Below, piece by piece: positions 19,172-29,088 of a DNA stretch of 64,000 bases. The notes below the pieces were generated by a model. That model made no database searches and was not told the DNA's origin. It worked only from the letters and a program-made list of their open reading frames with translations. The stretch covers positions 1 to 64,000 of the forward strand of contig OY781092.1 of the NCBI GenBank assembly GCA_963676615.1. Reading direction: 5' to 3'. Positions within the stretch are counted from its first letter, which is position 1. Each line of letters begins with the position of its first letter. The position numbers and the translations under genes are program-made. The stretch is from Candidatus Cloacimonadota bacterium (GTDB lineage: Bacteria > Cloacimonadota > Cloacimonadia > G963667145).

Positions 19172-21491
19172 GCAGTTTTTTCGGGTCGGGCGGCGATTTT
19201 TAACTTTTACCTAATAACTAATAACTGTCTGACACCAAAATAGAGTCTCATCATTTGTTGCTTTTATTTTGGTGTCAGGCCTCCGCCCGCCCGCTTGCTC
19301 GCCCAGTCTGGCGATGGGTCGGCGTTGGTATCTTGCTTCATCTAAAACAGAGACACGCCAAAACCAACTACAAAAAACAAAAAAAATTGCGATAAGTCAC
19401 AGACTTACAAACAATTACGAAGGTGCTCTCTTCCACGGAAATCTCTAAACACCTCTCGAAACTTCTCTGTTTTTTGAAGCAAGCGTCCTTTTCTGCTTCT
19501 CTTTTCGGACGCCCGAAAAGATGAAGACCCGTCTGGTAAGACATCATCTCTAACACCATTCTGCGAAATGGGGTCGGTTGGTGGCGGAATTATCAATTTT
19601 CAATTTTTATTTATCAATTGCTTTGGAGCGCCAGCGACAAAGCCTACGCCTCCGCAATTTTTTCGAAGCTATTTTGTTGCGATAGCCTGCTTTGCAGTGT
19701 TTTTGGACAGTGCCACAAGCGTTTGTTGAGCGTAGTCGAAGCATAAGCAGAAATAAAAGGGATTGCTCCCTTTTTTTGACCGTGCAGAGCAAGGAGTGCC
19801 TGGATTCCTGCCTGCGCAGGAATGAGGAGGTTTGGGGCTTGAGATTTTTCCCAAGACGCCAAAGCGTGTTTGCCTCTCCTTGCTCTTCTTCCCTCATTCT
19901 CGCGGAAGCGGGAATCCATCTCTAACAGCGTTCTGAGAAATGGGACTGGGCAGTGGCAACCAGCACGCCATCATTTTTTTCCTCGTCATTGCGGGCAACG
20001 ACCCGCAATCTCCCAAAGCAAGCACTGCCTTATCATAATCGGCGACCTCACCGATGAGATTCCGAGTCAAGCTCGGAATGACGGCAGTTTTTTCGGGTCG
20101 GGCGGCGATTTTTAACTTTTACCTAATAACTAATAACTGTCTGACACCAAAATAGAGTCTCATCATTTGTTGCTTTTATTTTGGTGTCAGGCCTCCGCCC
20201 GCCCGCTTGCTCGCCCAGTCTGGCGATGGGTCGGCGTTGGTATCTTGCTTCATCTAAAACAGAGACACGCCAAAACCAACTACAAAAAACAAAAAAAATT
20301 GCGATAAGTCACAGACTTACAAACAATTACGAAGGTGCTCTCTTCCACGGAAATCTCTAAACACCTCTCGAAACTTCTCTGTTTTTTGAAGCAAGCGTCC
20401 TTTTCTGCTTCTCTTTTCGGACGCCCGAAAAGATGAAGACCCGTCTGGTAAGACATCATCTCTAACACCATTCTGCGAAATGGGGTCGGTTGGTGGCGGA
20501 ATTATCAATTTTCAATTTTTATTTATCAATTGCTTTGGAGCGCCAGCGACAAAGCCTACGCCTCCGCAATTTTTTCGAAGCTATTTTGTTGCGATAGCCT
20601 GCTTTGCAGTGTTTTTGGACAGTGCCACAAGCGTTTGTTGAGCGTAGTCGAAGCATAAGCAGAAATAAAAGGGATTGCTCCCTTTTTTTGACCGTGCAGA
20701 GCAAGGAGTGCCTGGATTCCTGCCTGCGCAGGAATGAGGAGGTTTGGGGCTTGAGATTTTTCCCAAGACGCCAAAGCGTGTTTGCCTCTCCTTGCTCTTC
20801 TTCCCTCATTCTCGCGGAAGCGGGAATCCATCTCTAACAGCGTTCTGAGAAATGGGACTGGGCAGTGGCAACCAGCACGCCATCATTTTTTTCCTCGTCA
20901 TTGCGGGCAACGACCCGCAATCTCCCAAAGCAAGCACTGCCTTATCATAATCGGCGACCTCACCGATGAGATTCCGAGTCAAGCTCGGAATGACGGCGGT
21001 TTTTGAGGGTGCTTGAGCGGCGGTTTTAACTATTACCTAATAACTAATACCTGTCTGACACCAAAATAGAGTCTAATCATTTGTTGCTTAAATTTTGGTG
21101 TCAGGCCTCCGCCCGCCCGCTTGCTCGCCTAGACTGGCGAGGGGTTGGCGTTGGTATCTTGCTTCATCTAAAACAGAGACACGCCAAAACCAACTACAAA
21201 AAACCAAAAAAGTTGCGATAAGTCACAGATTTACAAACAATTACGGAGGTGCTCTCTTCCACGGAAATCTCCAAACACCTCTCGAAACTTCTCTGTTTTT
21301 TGAAGCAAGCGTCCTTTTCTGCTTCTCTTTTCGGACGCCCGAAAAGATGAAGACCCGTCTGGTAAGACATCATCTTTAACAGCATTCTAAGAAATGGGGC
21401 TGGAGGCGGTGACCTCTCCGATGAGATTCCGAGTCAAGCTCGGAATGACGGTGGGGTGTGGCTGGTTTAACTTTTACCTATTAACTAACAA

Positions 21492-22328
21492 CTATTCTAG
21501 CTCAGAATGAGCTAGAATAGTTGTGCTCACCTCTTTGCAATAAAAATCGCCCAGCTTCTTATTCTTCGTCGGCCAGTGAAAATCGCTGCCGCCAGTCACC
21601 AGCAGGTCTTTCTCGCGGGCAATTTGCAGGTATTTACTCACCATCTCGTCGTTGTGGGAAATGTAGTGCGCCTCGAGCCCTTGCACGCCCATATCGACGA
21701 TATCGTGCACCATCTGCTCGTCGTCTAGCCGAAAAGGATGCGCCAGCACAGAATAACCGCCAGCAGCCTTAATCGCTGCGATAACTTTTTCGGGCGAAAG
21801 CGCTTTTTTAGCAACAAAAGTCGGCGACTCTTCCACCAAAAACTTGCTGAACGCCTCCGCATAAGAGCTTGCATAGCCATTCTTTACCAAAGCGTTGGCG
21901 ATGTGAGGCCTGCCCAAAGTGTGAATCTTGTCCGATTTAATATCCTCAGGTGTCAAAAAAACATCGTATTCGGCAAACTTGTCAATAAACCGTTGCATCC
22001 TGCTTTCCCGTTCCTGCAAATTGAAATCGAGCACATCCAAAAGCGCCTTGTGGTTTGCATCGAAATGATACGCCAAAATATGCACATCGCAACCCTTGTA
22101 AAAACAGCTAATTTCGATGCCCGGGATCAGCTTTACCCGAAAATCAGAGCCCGCATCTTGCAAAATCTTGCGCCCGCACAAATAGCCATCGATAGTGTCG
22201 TGATCGGCAAAAGCGATAACATCCAGCTTTTTGTGATCGGCAATACGCAAAAGCTTCTCCGGATGAAAAACACCATCGGAGAAGCTTGTGTGAATATGTA
22301 AATCTGCCTTTAAACGATCTTCTGGCAT
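21492..22328 (-). CDS. PHP-domain phosphoesterase (TrpH/YciV-like)
   Basis: DLHIHTSFSDG, ADHD, GIEIS, GRPH, LAHP and GGSDFH motifs. Confidence 0.9.
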   Translation of the reverse strand: MPEDRLKADLHIHTSFSDGVFHPEKLLRIADHKKLDVIAFADHDTIDGYLCGRKILQDAGSDFRVKLIPGIEISCFYKGCDVHILAYHFDANHKALLDVLDFNLQERESRMQRFIDKFAEYDVFLTPEDIKSDKIHTLGRPHIANALVKNGYASSYAEAFSKFLVEESPTFVAKKALSPEKVIAAIKAAGGYSVLAHPFRLDDEQMVHDIVDMGVQGLEAHYISHNDEMVSKYLQIAREKDLLVTGGSDFHWPTKNKKLGDFYCKEVSTTILAHSELE

Positions 22329-22331
22329 AAA

Positions 22332-23216
22332 CTAAATCAGCTTATATTTTTGCAAAATCTGCTTCAGCTCATCGCTCTGCTCGTCCGCCAAACGCCACAT
22401 CGGCAGGCGATACTCCCGCTGAATTTTTCCCATTTGCCACAACGCATCTTTCACAGGAATAGGATTTGTCACCATAAACATCGCCGAATTTAGGTCGGAC
22501 AAATGCTGGTTCGCCTTCACCGCTTTGGCAAAATCGCCGTCTTGCCAAGCCTTAACCATCTGGCTGATAGCCTTCGGCGCGATGTTGGAAGTCACCGAGA
22601 TGACCCCTTTGCCAGTTGCCGCCATAATCGGAATCGTCACATCGTCGTCGCCAGAGAGCAACACAAAATCTTCGGGAGCGTCCTTGAGGATTTTGGTAAC
22701 CTGCACCAAATTTCCTGTCGCCTCTTTGATACCCACAATTCTTTGGAAATCGTGCGCCAACCTTGCGGTCGTTTTCGGCTCAAGGTTCATACCCGTTCGC
22801 GAGGGCACATTGTAGAGCACAATCGGGATATCGGTCTCGTCGTGAATTTTTTTGAAAAACTGATAAACGCCCTCTTGCGTGGTGCGGTTGTAATACGGCG
22901 TGATCACCAAAGCGAAATCAGCGCCAAACCTCTTGGCACGATTGGTCGCGGCGATAGTCCGCTCGACATTGTTCGTCCCTGTGCCGACCATCACTGGCAC
23001 TCTGCCAGCGATCTTCTCGATTCCAAAGCGGATAACCTTTTCGCGCTCATCTTCTGTCATTGCAGGGGCTTCGCCGGTCGTGCCCAGCAGCAATAACCCA
23101 CTCACGCCGTTCTCCAGCTGAAACTCGATCAGCTCCGCCAAAGCATCAAAATCGACGCTCTTGTCCGCGTTAAAAGGCGTGATGAGGGCAGTCCATGTGC
23201 CTTGCAATCTGTCCAT
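22332..23216 (-). CDS. dapA: 4-hydroxy-tetrahydrodipicolinate synthase
   Basis: TALITPF, GTTGE, TPYY, LYNVPSRTG, GIKEATG, SGDD, TNPIPVK. Confidence 0.93.
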   Translation of the reverse strand: MDRLQGTWTALITPFNADKSVDFDALAELIEFQLENGVSGLLLLGTTGEAPAMTEDEREKVIRFGIEKIAGRVPVMVGTGTNNVERTIAATNRAKRFGADFALVITPYYNRTTQEGVYQFFKKIHDETDIPIVLYNVPSRTGMNLEPKTTARLAHDFQRIVGIKEATGNLVQVTKILKDAPEDFVLLSGDDDVTIPIMAATGKGVISVTSNIAPKAISQMVKAWQDGDFAKAVKANQHLSDLNSAMFMVTNPIPVKDALWQMGKIQREYRLPMWRLADEQSDELKQILQKYKLI

Positions 23217-23224
23217 CGTATCTC

Positions 23225-24460
23225 CTAATACTCGTAGTCGCCGTATCCGCCGTCTTGTTGCTCGCTTGCCTCTTGCGCTGGCTGGGCTTGCTCAGGCTCT
23301 TGCGGAGTCTCGCTTTCTTGCTCTTGATAATCTTCGGCGTTCTCGGCTGGTTGCTCCTGCTCGCTATTCGATTCAAGCTCAGGCTCGCCGTATGGGTTCG
23401 CCTCTTCCGCCACACTTTCGCTAGACTCTTCGCTTGTCTGTGCGCTCTCAGCTTCTTGTGTCGGTGCAATCTCTTCGGCGGCTTTTTCCTCTGCAAAGCT
23501 TCCGCTTTCCTCAGCGTCCAACATTTCGTCGCTAGGCGTGCTCTCTACAGCAGCAAAAGCCACTTTTTTCTTTTTTTTCTTTTTCTTCTTTTTGTGACTC
23601 ATCAAAGTGGAAAGTTGGCTCAAATTCGCCAGCTGACTCAACTCCGAAAGTTTGCTCAAATCTTGCAGCTTCATAAGATCATACATCTTATTCATCTCCA
23701 TAATCGAGCTAAGTTTTTGCAGCTCCTGCAGTTTTGTCAGCTCTTGCAATTTAGAAAGTTCTTGCAACTTCGAAAGTTGTGAAAGTTGCGAGAGTTTTTG
23801 CAACTCATCAAGCTCAAACTCCTCGTCTTCGTCATCATCATCTTCGTCGTCTTCCTCTTCTGCCGTCGCCGCAGCTGCTGCTTCAGCTTGGAGCCTCGCT
23901 CTCTCTTTGGCTTCTGCTGCCGCTCTTGCGTTAAGCTCCAAAATCTCTCTCTCTTTCGCCTCTTTTTCCTCCAAAGCTAACCTTTCGGCAACTTTTGGGT
24001 CGTTAATCACGATGCTGGTGTCTGGCTCTTCGAAATCTTTGCGAGAGGCAGTTTTGAGGTTAAACAGGTAAATCCCGTGTTCGGTGTAAACGATGAGGTT
24101 GGTCTCGTGTTTGCCTCGTTGCGGCATCAGAATAAGATGCTTATCGCCAACAATTTTCGTCTCGATAAAACTTCTCTTCTCGTCGTTGTTGATTACAAAA
24201 TCCAAGATTTTCTCTGGCAAAGTGATGTTCGTGGCTGTGTTGTTCTCTATCAGCACAGATGTAACTTCCTTCTCCCTTTCAGCCATTCCGTCGTCTTCTT
24301 TTATCTCAGATTGAGGTTCTTGTTGCTCTTCTTGTTGCGAAAGCTCGTCGTTTTCTTCGACTTGAGGAGTTATCACATCCTCGTTATTTTGATCTTCGTC
24401 AAAAATATCTTGAGCATCAAAATTCATCTTATTCTCCTTATCATTATCTAATCTTTCCAA
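23225..24460 (-). CDS. Low-complexity acidic protein with a possible TrbG/VirB9-like N-terminal beta domain
   Basis: Lies in the operon between the TPR gene and dapA. Contains ETNLIVYTEHGIYLFNLK, followed by coiled coil, an acidic tract, L-x-x repeats and poly-Lys. Confidence 0.65.
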   Translation of the reverse strand: MERLDNDKENKMNFDAQDIFDEDQNNEDVITPQVEENDELSQQEEQQEPQSEIKEDDGMAEREKEVTSVLIENNTATNITLPEKILDFVINNDEKRSFIETKIVGDKHLILMPQRGKHETNLIVYTEHGIYLFNLKTASRKDFEEPDTSIVINDPKVAERLALEEKEAKEREILELNARAAAEAKERARLQAEAAAAATAEEEDDEDDDDEDEEFELDELQKLSQLSQLSKLQELSKLQELTKLQELQKLSSIMEMNKMYDLMKLQDLSKLSELSQLANLSQLSTLMSHKKKKKKKKKKVAFAAVESTPSDEMLDAEESGSFAEEKAAEEIAPTQEAESAQTSEESSESVAEEANPYGEPELESNSEQEQPAENAEDYQEQESETPQEPEQAQPAQEASEQQDGGYGDYEY

Positions 24461-25206
24461 AACATTAGCTTGTCAAAAAAGTCTTTTTCTTTTCTCCAAG
24501 GGTATCCCTTTTTCTCCATCCAAAGCTGAGCTTCGCCGCTACCCAATTGGGCTGCTTTGCGATAATTTTCGATAGCTTTTTCCGAAAACCCTCTTTTTTC
24601 GGCAATTTCTGCATATATAAGGTAGCCATCTGCAGATTCGGGGAAAATTTTGACCAACTCGTCAACAGTTCCCACCGCCTCGTCGTATTTTTTCAGCTTA
24701 TAATAGAACCTTGCCAGTTCCAAAAAATTATTTTCGGAAGGGACAATCTCTATTTCTCGTTTAAGATGCATAATTGCCAGCGAGTCGTTATCCTCAAACT
24801 CATAGATTTTGGCTAGATAAAAATTTGTGTTTGCTCTGACAGTGTCGTTGTCCGAAAGCACCAAAAAGTATCTTTTTGCCGAACGATAGTCTCCAAGGCA
24901 ATAGTAGGTAAGTCCCAAACGGTAGTTAATCGTGCCTGGGTTCAGCCATTGAACTCGCTTGTAATTTTCCAGAGCTTTGTCGAACTCTTTCAGTTGGAAA
25001 TAACAATCGCCAATCTCTTCGTAGGCGATAATGTTTCTGGGGTCAATACTTATCACTCTCGAATAAAAAAAGATAGCTCGATGGTAGTTTTTTTGCGCAT
25101 AAAAAACTTCCGCTTTTGCCAAATCGTCTGCTATCCCGTCTGCAAACAACGCAGAAAAAAAGCAAAGCAAAAGTAGAATAGTCGTTCTACACCAAATTTT
25201 GTACAT
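24448..25206 (-). CDS. Exported TPR-repeat protein
   Basis: Signal peptide-like N-terminus (MYKIWCRTTILLLLCFFSALFA) and several TPR consensus repeats. Start reassigned to the ATG overlapping the ftsY end. Confidence 0.8.
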   Translation of the reverse strand: MYKIWCRTTILLLLCFFSALFADGIADDLAKAEVFYAQKNYHRAIFFYSRVISIDPRNIIAYEEIGDCYFQLKEFDKALENYKRVQWLNPGTINYRLGLTYYCLGDYRSAKRYFLVLSDNDTVRANTNFYLAKIYEFEDNDSLAIMHLKREIEIVPSENNFLELARFYYKLKKYDEAVGTVDELVKIFPESADGYLIYAEIAEKRGFSEKAIENYRKAAQLGSGEAQLWMEKKGYPWRKEKDFFDKLMFWKD

Positions 25207-26158
25207 ATTTTTCAACCTCAAAAAAATCAATATCCTCTTTTTTTTCGCCCGTTCCTATCAGCTTTATGGGCACACCGAACTCCCTTTTTATCCCAAAAAT
25301 CACACCGCCTTTTGCACTGCCGTCCAATTTCGTAACGGCGACACCGCTAAGGGTGCAGATTTTGTCGAACTCTTCTAGTTGCCGCAGGCTATTTTGTCCC
25401 AAGCATCCATCCAATACAACGATTGTTTCGTCAATTCCATTTGGCAAGAGTTTTTTTGCAATTTTGGCGATTTTCTCCAGTTGAGCCATCAAGTTGGCAT
25501 TGTTGTGCAGTCTGCCTGCGGTGTCGATTAGCACGACATCGATTCTCTTTTTGATAGCTTGCTCCAGCGCTCGATACACCACCGCTGCGGGATCTTCGCC
25601 CATTTTCGCCTCGATGCAGTCGCACTCTGCTCGCTTGCCCCAAACCAGTAGCTGGTCGATAGCTCCAGCGCGAAAAGTGTCGGCAGGCACAAGGCAAACC
25701 AATTTGCCCTCTTGCCGCAATTTGCACGCCAATTTGCCGACTGTGGAGGTTTTGCCAACGCCGTTCACGCCGACGAACATCAAAACCGCTGGGCTGTTTT
25801 TCAGTCGCAATTTCGAGCTTTCCTCGCTTTTCTCATCACGCAAAACCCGCAAAAAAGAGTCTTGCAAAATCTCGGGAGTCAGCTTTTTTTGCTTTTGCAC
25901 ATTTTGGATAATCGCCTGACAACTTTTCAGGTCGATGTCGGCTTGGATTAGCTTTTCTTCGAGAGTCGAGAGCGTTTTTTGGTCTAGGGAAGAGCCCAAA
26001 AGCGGCAAAAGTGCCTGCAAAATCTTGGGACTGGCTTTGGTTTGGCTAACCAGGTTTTGCTTGAGATCGCTTCCGCTTTTTCGCCGTGTAAAAATAAAAA
26101 CGACAAAAAAAAGGCACAGCAAAAAGGCTGCACCTGCTATTAGGTAAATTTCGGTCAT
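25187..26158 (-). CDS. ftsY: Signal recognition particle receptor FtsY
   Basis: GVNGVGKTS, DTFRAGA, DPAAV, DTAGR, TKLDGSAKGG, GTGE. Confidence 0.95.
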   Translation of the reverse strand: MTEIYLIAGAAFLLCLFFVVFIFTRRKSGSDLKQNLVSQTKASPKILQALLPLLGSSLDQKTLSTLEEKLIQADIDLKSCQAIIQNVQKQKKLTPEILQDSFLRVLRDEKSEESSKLRLKNSPAVLMFVGVNGVGKTSTVGKLACKLRQEGKLVCLVPADTFRAGAIDQLLVWGKRAECDCIEAKMGEDPAAVVYRALEQAIKKRIDVVLIDTAGRLHNNANLMAQLEKIAKIAKKLLPNGIDETIVVLDGCLGQNSLRQLEEFDKICTLSGVAVTKLDGSAKGGVIFGIKREFGVPIKLIGTGEKKEDIDFFEVEKYVQNLV

Positions 26159-26171
26159 TTTCTAAAAAAAA

Positions 26172-26435
26172 TTATTGAGCAAATTTTTTGTTGAGAAACT
26201 CTTGTAATCTGCTCTTTCTGCGTGCCGCTGTCCTTTTGTGAATAACTTTGGTTTTGGCGGCTTTGTCCAATTTAGAAAAAATCTCCGAGAGCAAAGCCAT
26301 CGACTGTTCTTTGTCCAAATTGTCCTTTCTGATTTTTTTGCTGAGAGTGGCGATAGTGGCTTTGACGAAGTGATTTCTCACTCTTCTGACATTGTCTTGG
26401 CGCAATCGCTTTATGCAAGATTTATGTTCGGGCAT
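26172..26435 (-). CDS. rpsT: 30S ribosomal protein S20
   Basis: HKSCIKRLRQ...RN and LDKAAK..VIHKRTAARRKSRL; 87 aa, basic. Confidence 0.95.
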   Translation of the reverse strand: MPEHKSCIKRLRQDNVRRVRNHFVKATIATLSKKIRKDNLDKEQSMALLSEIFSKLDKAAKTKVIHKRTAARRKSRLQEFLNKKFAQ

Positions 26436-26594
26436 CTGTTTATTCTCCTGTTAAATTCATAATTATAAGGAGACGAAAAAAATAGCCGCCTGATGTGTCA
26501 AGGAAAATCTGCCGTCTGAACCAGAAAATCGTTTTTTTTGGACTGACAGTGAATTTTAGTTGACAGCACGCAGCCAAAGAAAAGATGTAGTAGT

Positions 26595-26927
26595 ATGAAA
26601 AAGAGAACTTATTATTTCGACCAAGATTTTTTCTTGGACAAGTTGGACGAGCAAGTCAAGTATGATGTGCAAAAGGGCTATGAGGAGAGCGGCAAAGTTG
26701 ATTTGTCAACCTCTGGCTCGTATCAGTTGATTTTGCTGCGAGAGGAGCAAGCCAAATTGCAAAAAAAAGTGGACGAGCTGGAGCATCTGAGCGGCAATCT
26801 GCGGCGCAAGTTGAATGGCTCTTTGCTGGTGAATTTGATTTGCTACCTTTTTTTGATTGTGGTGCTTTTGCTGAGTGTGCAAAAAATTATGGAGACGATT
26901 TTGGCGCTTCGGCAGTTGCTGGTGTGA
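26595..26927 (+). CDS. Hypothetical protein, coiled coil plus C-terminal TM helix
   Basis: 110-aa ORF fills the intergenic gap; hydrophobic stretch LLVNLICYLFLIVVLLL. Confidence 0.6.
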   Translation: MKKRTYYFDQDFFLDKLDEQVKYDVQKGYEESGKVDLSTSGSYQLILLREEQAKLQKKVDELEHLSGNLRRKLNGSLLVNLICYLFLIVVLLLSVQKIMETILALRQLLV

Positions 26928-27053
26928 TTGGCGGTTTACATTGAGGAATAGCTAAAATTAAGCGTTCAATATTTTGCGTTGAATGTGTTGAAGGTTTTTT
27001 AGTCGATTTTGCAAAAAGCCCAAAAGCAGAGAGTTTTTTAAGGAGACAATTTT

Positions 27054-27575
27054 ATGAGTTGGATTAAAGATTTTATCGCCGATGTGCCTGGATTTCCCGA
27101 GAAGGGTGTGATTTTTAAGGACATTACGCCACTTTTGGCTAGCAGTCGGTTTGTCGATGCTGCCAAGGAAATGGTCGAAAACAGCAAGGTGAATTGGGAA
27201 GAAGTGGACGCCATTGCGGGGATCGAGTCGAGAGGTTTCGTTTTTGCCAGTGCGATGAGCACGCTTTTGGGAAAGGGGCTTGTGCTGATTCGCAAAAAAG
27301 GGAAGTTGCCGCCGCCGTTTTTGGCGAAATTATCCACGAACGAATATGCTCGTGAGGTGCTGGAGGTTAAGCCCGGCAACAAGCGGATTTTGATTGTGGA
27401 CGATGTTTTGGCAACTGGCGGCACTTTGCAGACGGCGTATGAGCTTTGCTGCGAAGCGGGCTATAAGGTGCAAGGGTTTAGCGTGTTGATCGATTTGCCA
27501 TTTTTGCACGAGAGCGACTACGAAATCGCGGGGAAGAGCGTTAGCAGTTTGTTGGTTTGCGATGATACAGATTAA
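27054..27575 (+). CDS. apt: Adenine phosphoribosyltransferase
   Basis: PGFPEKGVIFKDITPLL, ESRGF, RKKGKLP, IVDDVLATGGT; AAGGAG RBS. Confidence 0.93.
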   Translation: MSWIKDFIADVPGFPEKGVIFKDITPLLASSRFVDAAKEMVENSKVNWEEVDAIAGIESRGFVFASAMSTLLGKGLVLIRKKGKLPPPFLAKLSTNEYAREVLEVKPGNKRILIVDDVLATGGTLQTAYELCCEAGYKVQGFSVLIDLPFLHESDYEIAGKSVSSLLVCDDTD

Positions 27576-29088
27576 GACCGCGCTTTTGTCTGTAACCGAC
27601 AAGAGCGGTTTGGGCGAGCTGGCTCTGGAGCTGCAGCAGCAGGGCGTGCGGCTTGTCGCCAGCAAGGGCACAGGGGAATTTTTGCAAAAAATGGGCGTGA
27701 AATTTACGCCACTTGCGGAGCTTAGCGGCTACAATCAGGCGTTTGATGGTCGCTGTAAAAGTTTGTCGATAAATGTGATGGGCGGTTTGCTTTTCGATAG
27801 GGAAAAGCACGCAGAAGAGGCGAAAAAGCTCGGAGTGACGCCGATCGATTTGGTGGTGTGCAATCTCTACGATTTTAGCTCGGCTTGGCAAAGCGGCAAA
27901 GCGCAGGATCAGCTGGTGGAGCAGATCGACATCGGCGGAGTCGCTCTTTTGCGGGCTTCTGCCAAAAATTGCCGATTTGTCGTCTCGCTCAGCAGTCCTG
28001 CCGACTATCCACTTTTGATTGCGGAAATGCGGGCAAACGCTGGGTCTGTCAGCAGGGATTTCGCCAAAAAACTTGCGGCAAAATCTTTTGTGGCTTGCAG
28101 CGAATACGACCGTTTGGTCGCTTTGGGATTTGGCGGACAAAGTTTGCGCTACGGCGAAAATCCGCATCAAAAAGCTTGGAGCTACGACTTTGCCGATTTT
28201 GGCTTTTTCGGTCTGAAAAAGTTGCAGGGCAAAGAGCTTTCCTACAACAATTTTTTGGACATAAAAGCGGGGCTAGATTGTCTGCAGGGCTTGCAGGGCA
28301 ACGGCTGTGTCGTGATAAAGCACGGAAATCCTTGCGGGGTTTGTGTGAGCAAAATAGACACGGACGGTTTGCTGCAGAGCGCTTGGGCGGGCGATTCTGT
28401 GTCGGCTTTTGGTTCGATAATCGCTTTTTCTTTTGCCGTCGGCGTGGCAGATTTGGCATTTTTGGATTTGCAAGAAAAAGGCAAGGCGAAGTTTGTGGAA
28501 GTGGTTGTTGCGCCGCAATTTACAGAAGGAACGCTGGAATATTTGGCGCAGAAGAAAAATTTGCGGGCTTGCAGTTACGAGCCCAAAAAAGCTGGCAGGA
28601 GCTTGGCTTTTCGTCAGCTGGATTCGTTGCTTATTGCGCAGGAACAAGATACCGCAGGAGCGGAGAAGCTGGAGGTTGCCGTTGGACAGAGCGAAAATCT
28701 GGACACGGAGTTGGTGCATTTCGGCACAAAAGTTGTGCAGGCGCTCTCTTCCAACGCCGTTACGCTGGTCTATCGGGACTCTAGTCAGCGCTTGCGGCAG
28801 GTTTCGATGGGATGCGGTCAGCCCAATCGGTTGGACGCTATCGAGCTTGCCATGCGCAAGTTGGAGCGGTCGAAAGCTGCGGGCGATTTTTGCGGTCAGG
28901 CGAAAGATTGCTATCTTGTTTCTGATGCGTTTTTGCCGTTTGCGGACAATGTGCAAGCCGTGGCAAATAGCGGCGTGCGCACGATTGTGCAGCCCGGCGG
29001 CTCTATCCGAGATAAGCAGGTGTTAGCCGCTTGCAAAGAGCTTGCTGTGCGGATGGTTTTCACGGGCGTTCGCCATTTCAGACATTAA
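27562..29088 (+). CDS. purH: Bifunctional AICAR transformylase/IMP cyclohydrolase
   Basis: ALLSVTDKSG, IDIGG, LRYGENPHQ, GKELSYNN, KHGNPCG, SDAF, QPGGSIRD, TGVRHFRH. Confidence 0.93.
   Translation: MIQIKTALLSVTDKSGLGELALELQQQGVRLVASKGTGEFLQKMGVKFTPLAELSGYNQAFDGRCKSLSINVMGGLLFDREKHAEEAKKLGVTPIDLVVCNLYDFSSAWQSGKAQDQLVEQIDIGGVALLRASAKNCRFVVSLSSPADYPLLIAEMRANAGSVSRDFAKKLAAKSFVACSEYDRLVALGFGGQSLRYGENPHQKAWSYDFADFGFFGLKKLQGKELSYNNFLDIKAGLDCLQGLQGNGCVVIKHGNPCGVCVSKIDTDGLLQSAWAGDSVSAFGSIIAFSFAVGVADLAFLDLQEKGKAKFVEVVVAPQFTEGTLEYLAQKKNLRACSYEPKKAGRSLAFRQLDSLLIAQEQDTAGAEKLEVAVGQSENLDTELVHFGTKVVQALSSNAVTLVYRDSSQRLRQVSMGCGQPNRLDAIELAMRKLERSKAAGDFCGQAKDCYLVSDAFLPFADNVQAVANSGVRTIVQPGGSIRDKQVLAACKELAVRMVFTGVRHFRH

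Larger units (their letters stand above)
16549..21490. repeat. Tandem array of ~912-bp non-coding units (starts 16549, 18868, 19780, 20692, plus a terminal fragment ~21408-21490)
   Basis: CCGTGCAGAGCAAGGAGTGCCTGGA recurs at these positions, and the ORF track repeats with a period of exactly 912. Unit 1 minus the IS, its duplicated target and two hairpin insertions is also about 912 bp. Confidence 0.95.

Noticed and set aside
18518..21385. Repeated 60-100 aa ORFs in the array
   Set aside because: They overlap on both strands, translate REP palindromes, lack RBSs and are disrupted in the diverged units, so they are likely spurious.
16549..21490. CRISPR array or integron cassette array
   Set aside because: The intervening sequences are themselves repeated rather than unique spacers or cassettes. 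There is no cas or intI gene, and no clear RYYYAAC...GTTRRRY attC pairs.
27885..28784. 299-aa alternative-frame ORF in purH and other long shadow ORFs (e.g. 2108-3319, 36829-37593)
   Set aside because: Fully nested in well-supported genes with no recognisable motifs.
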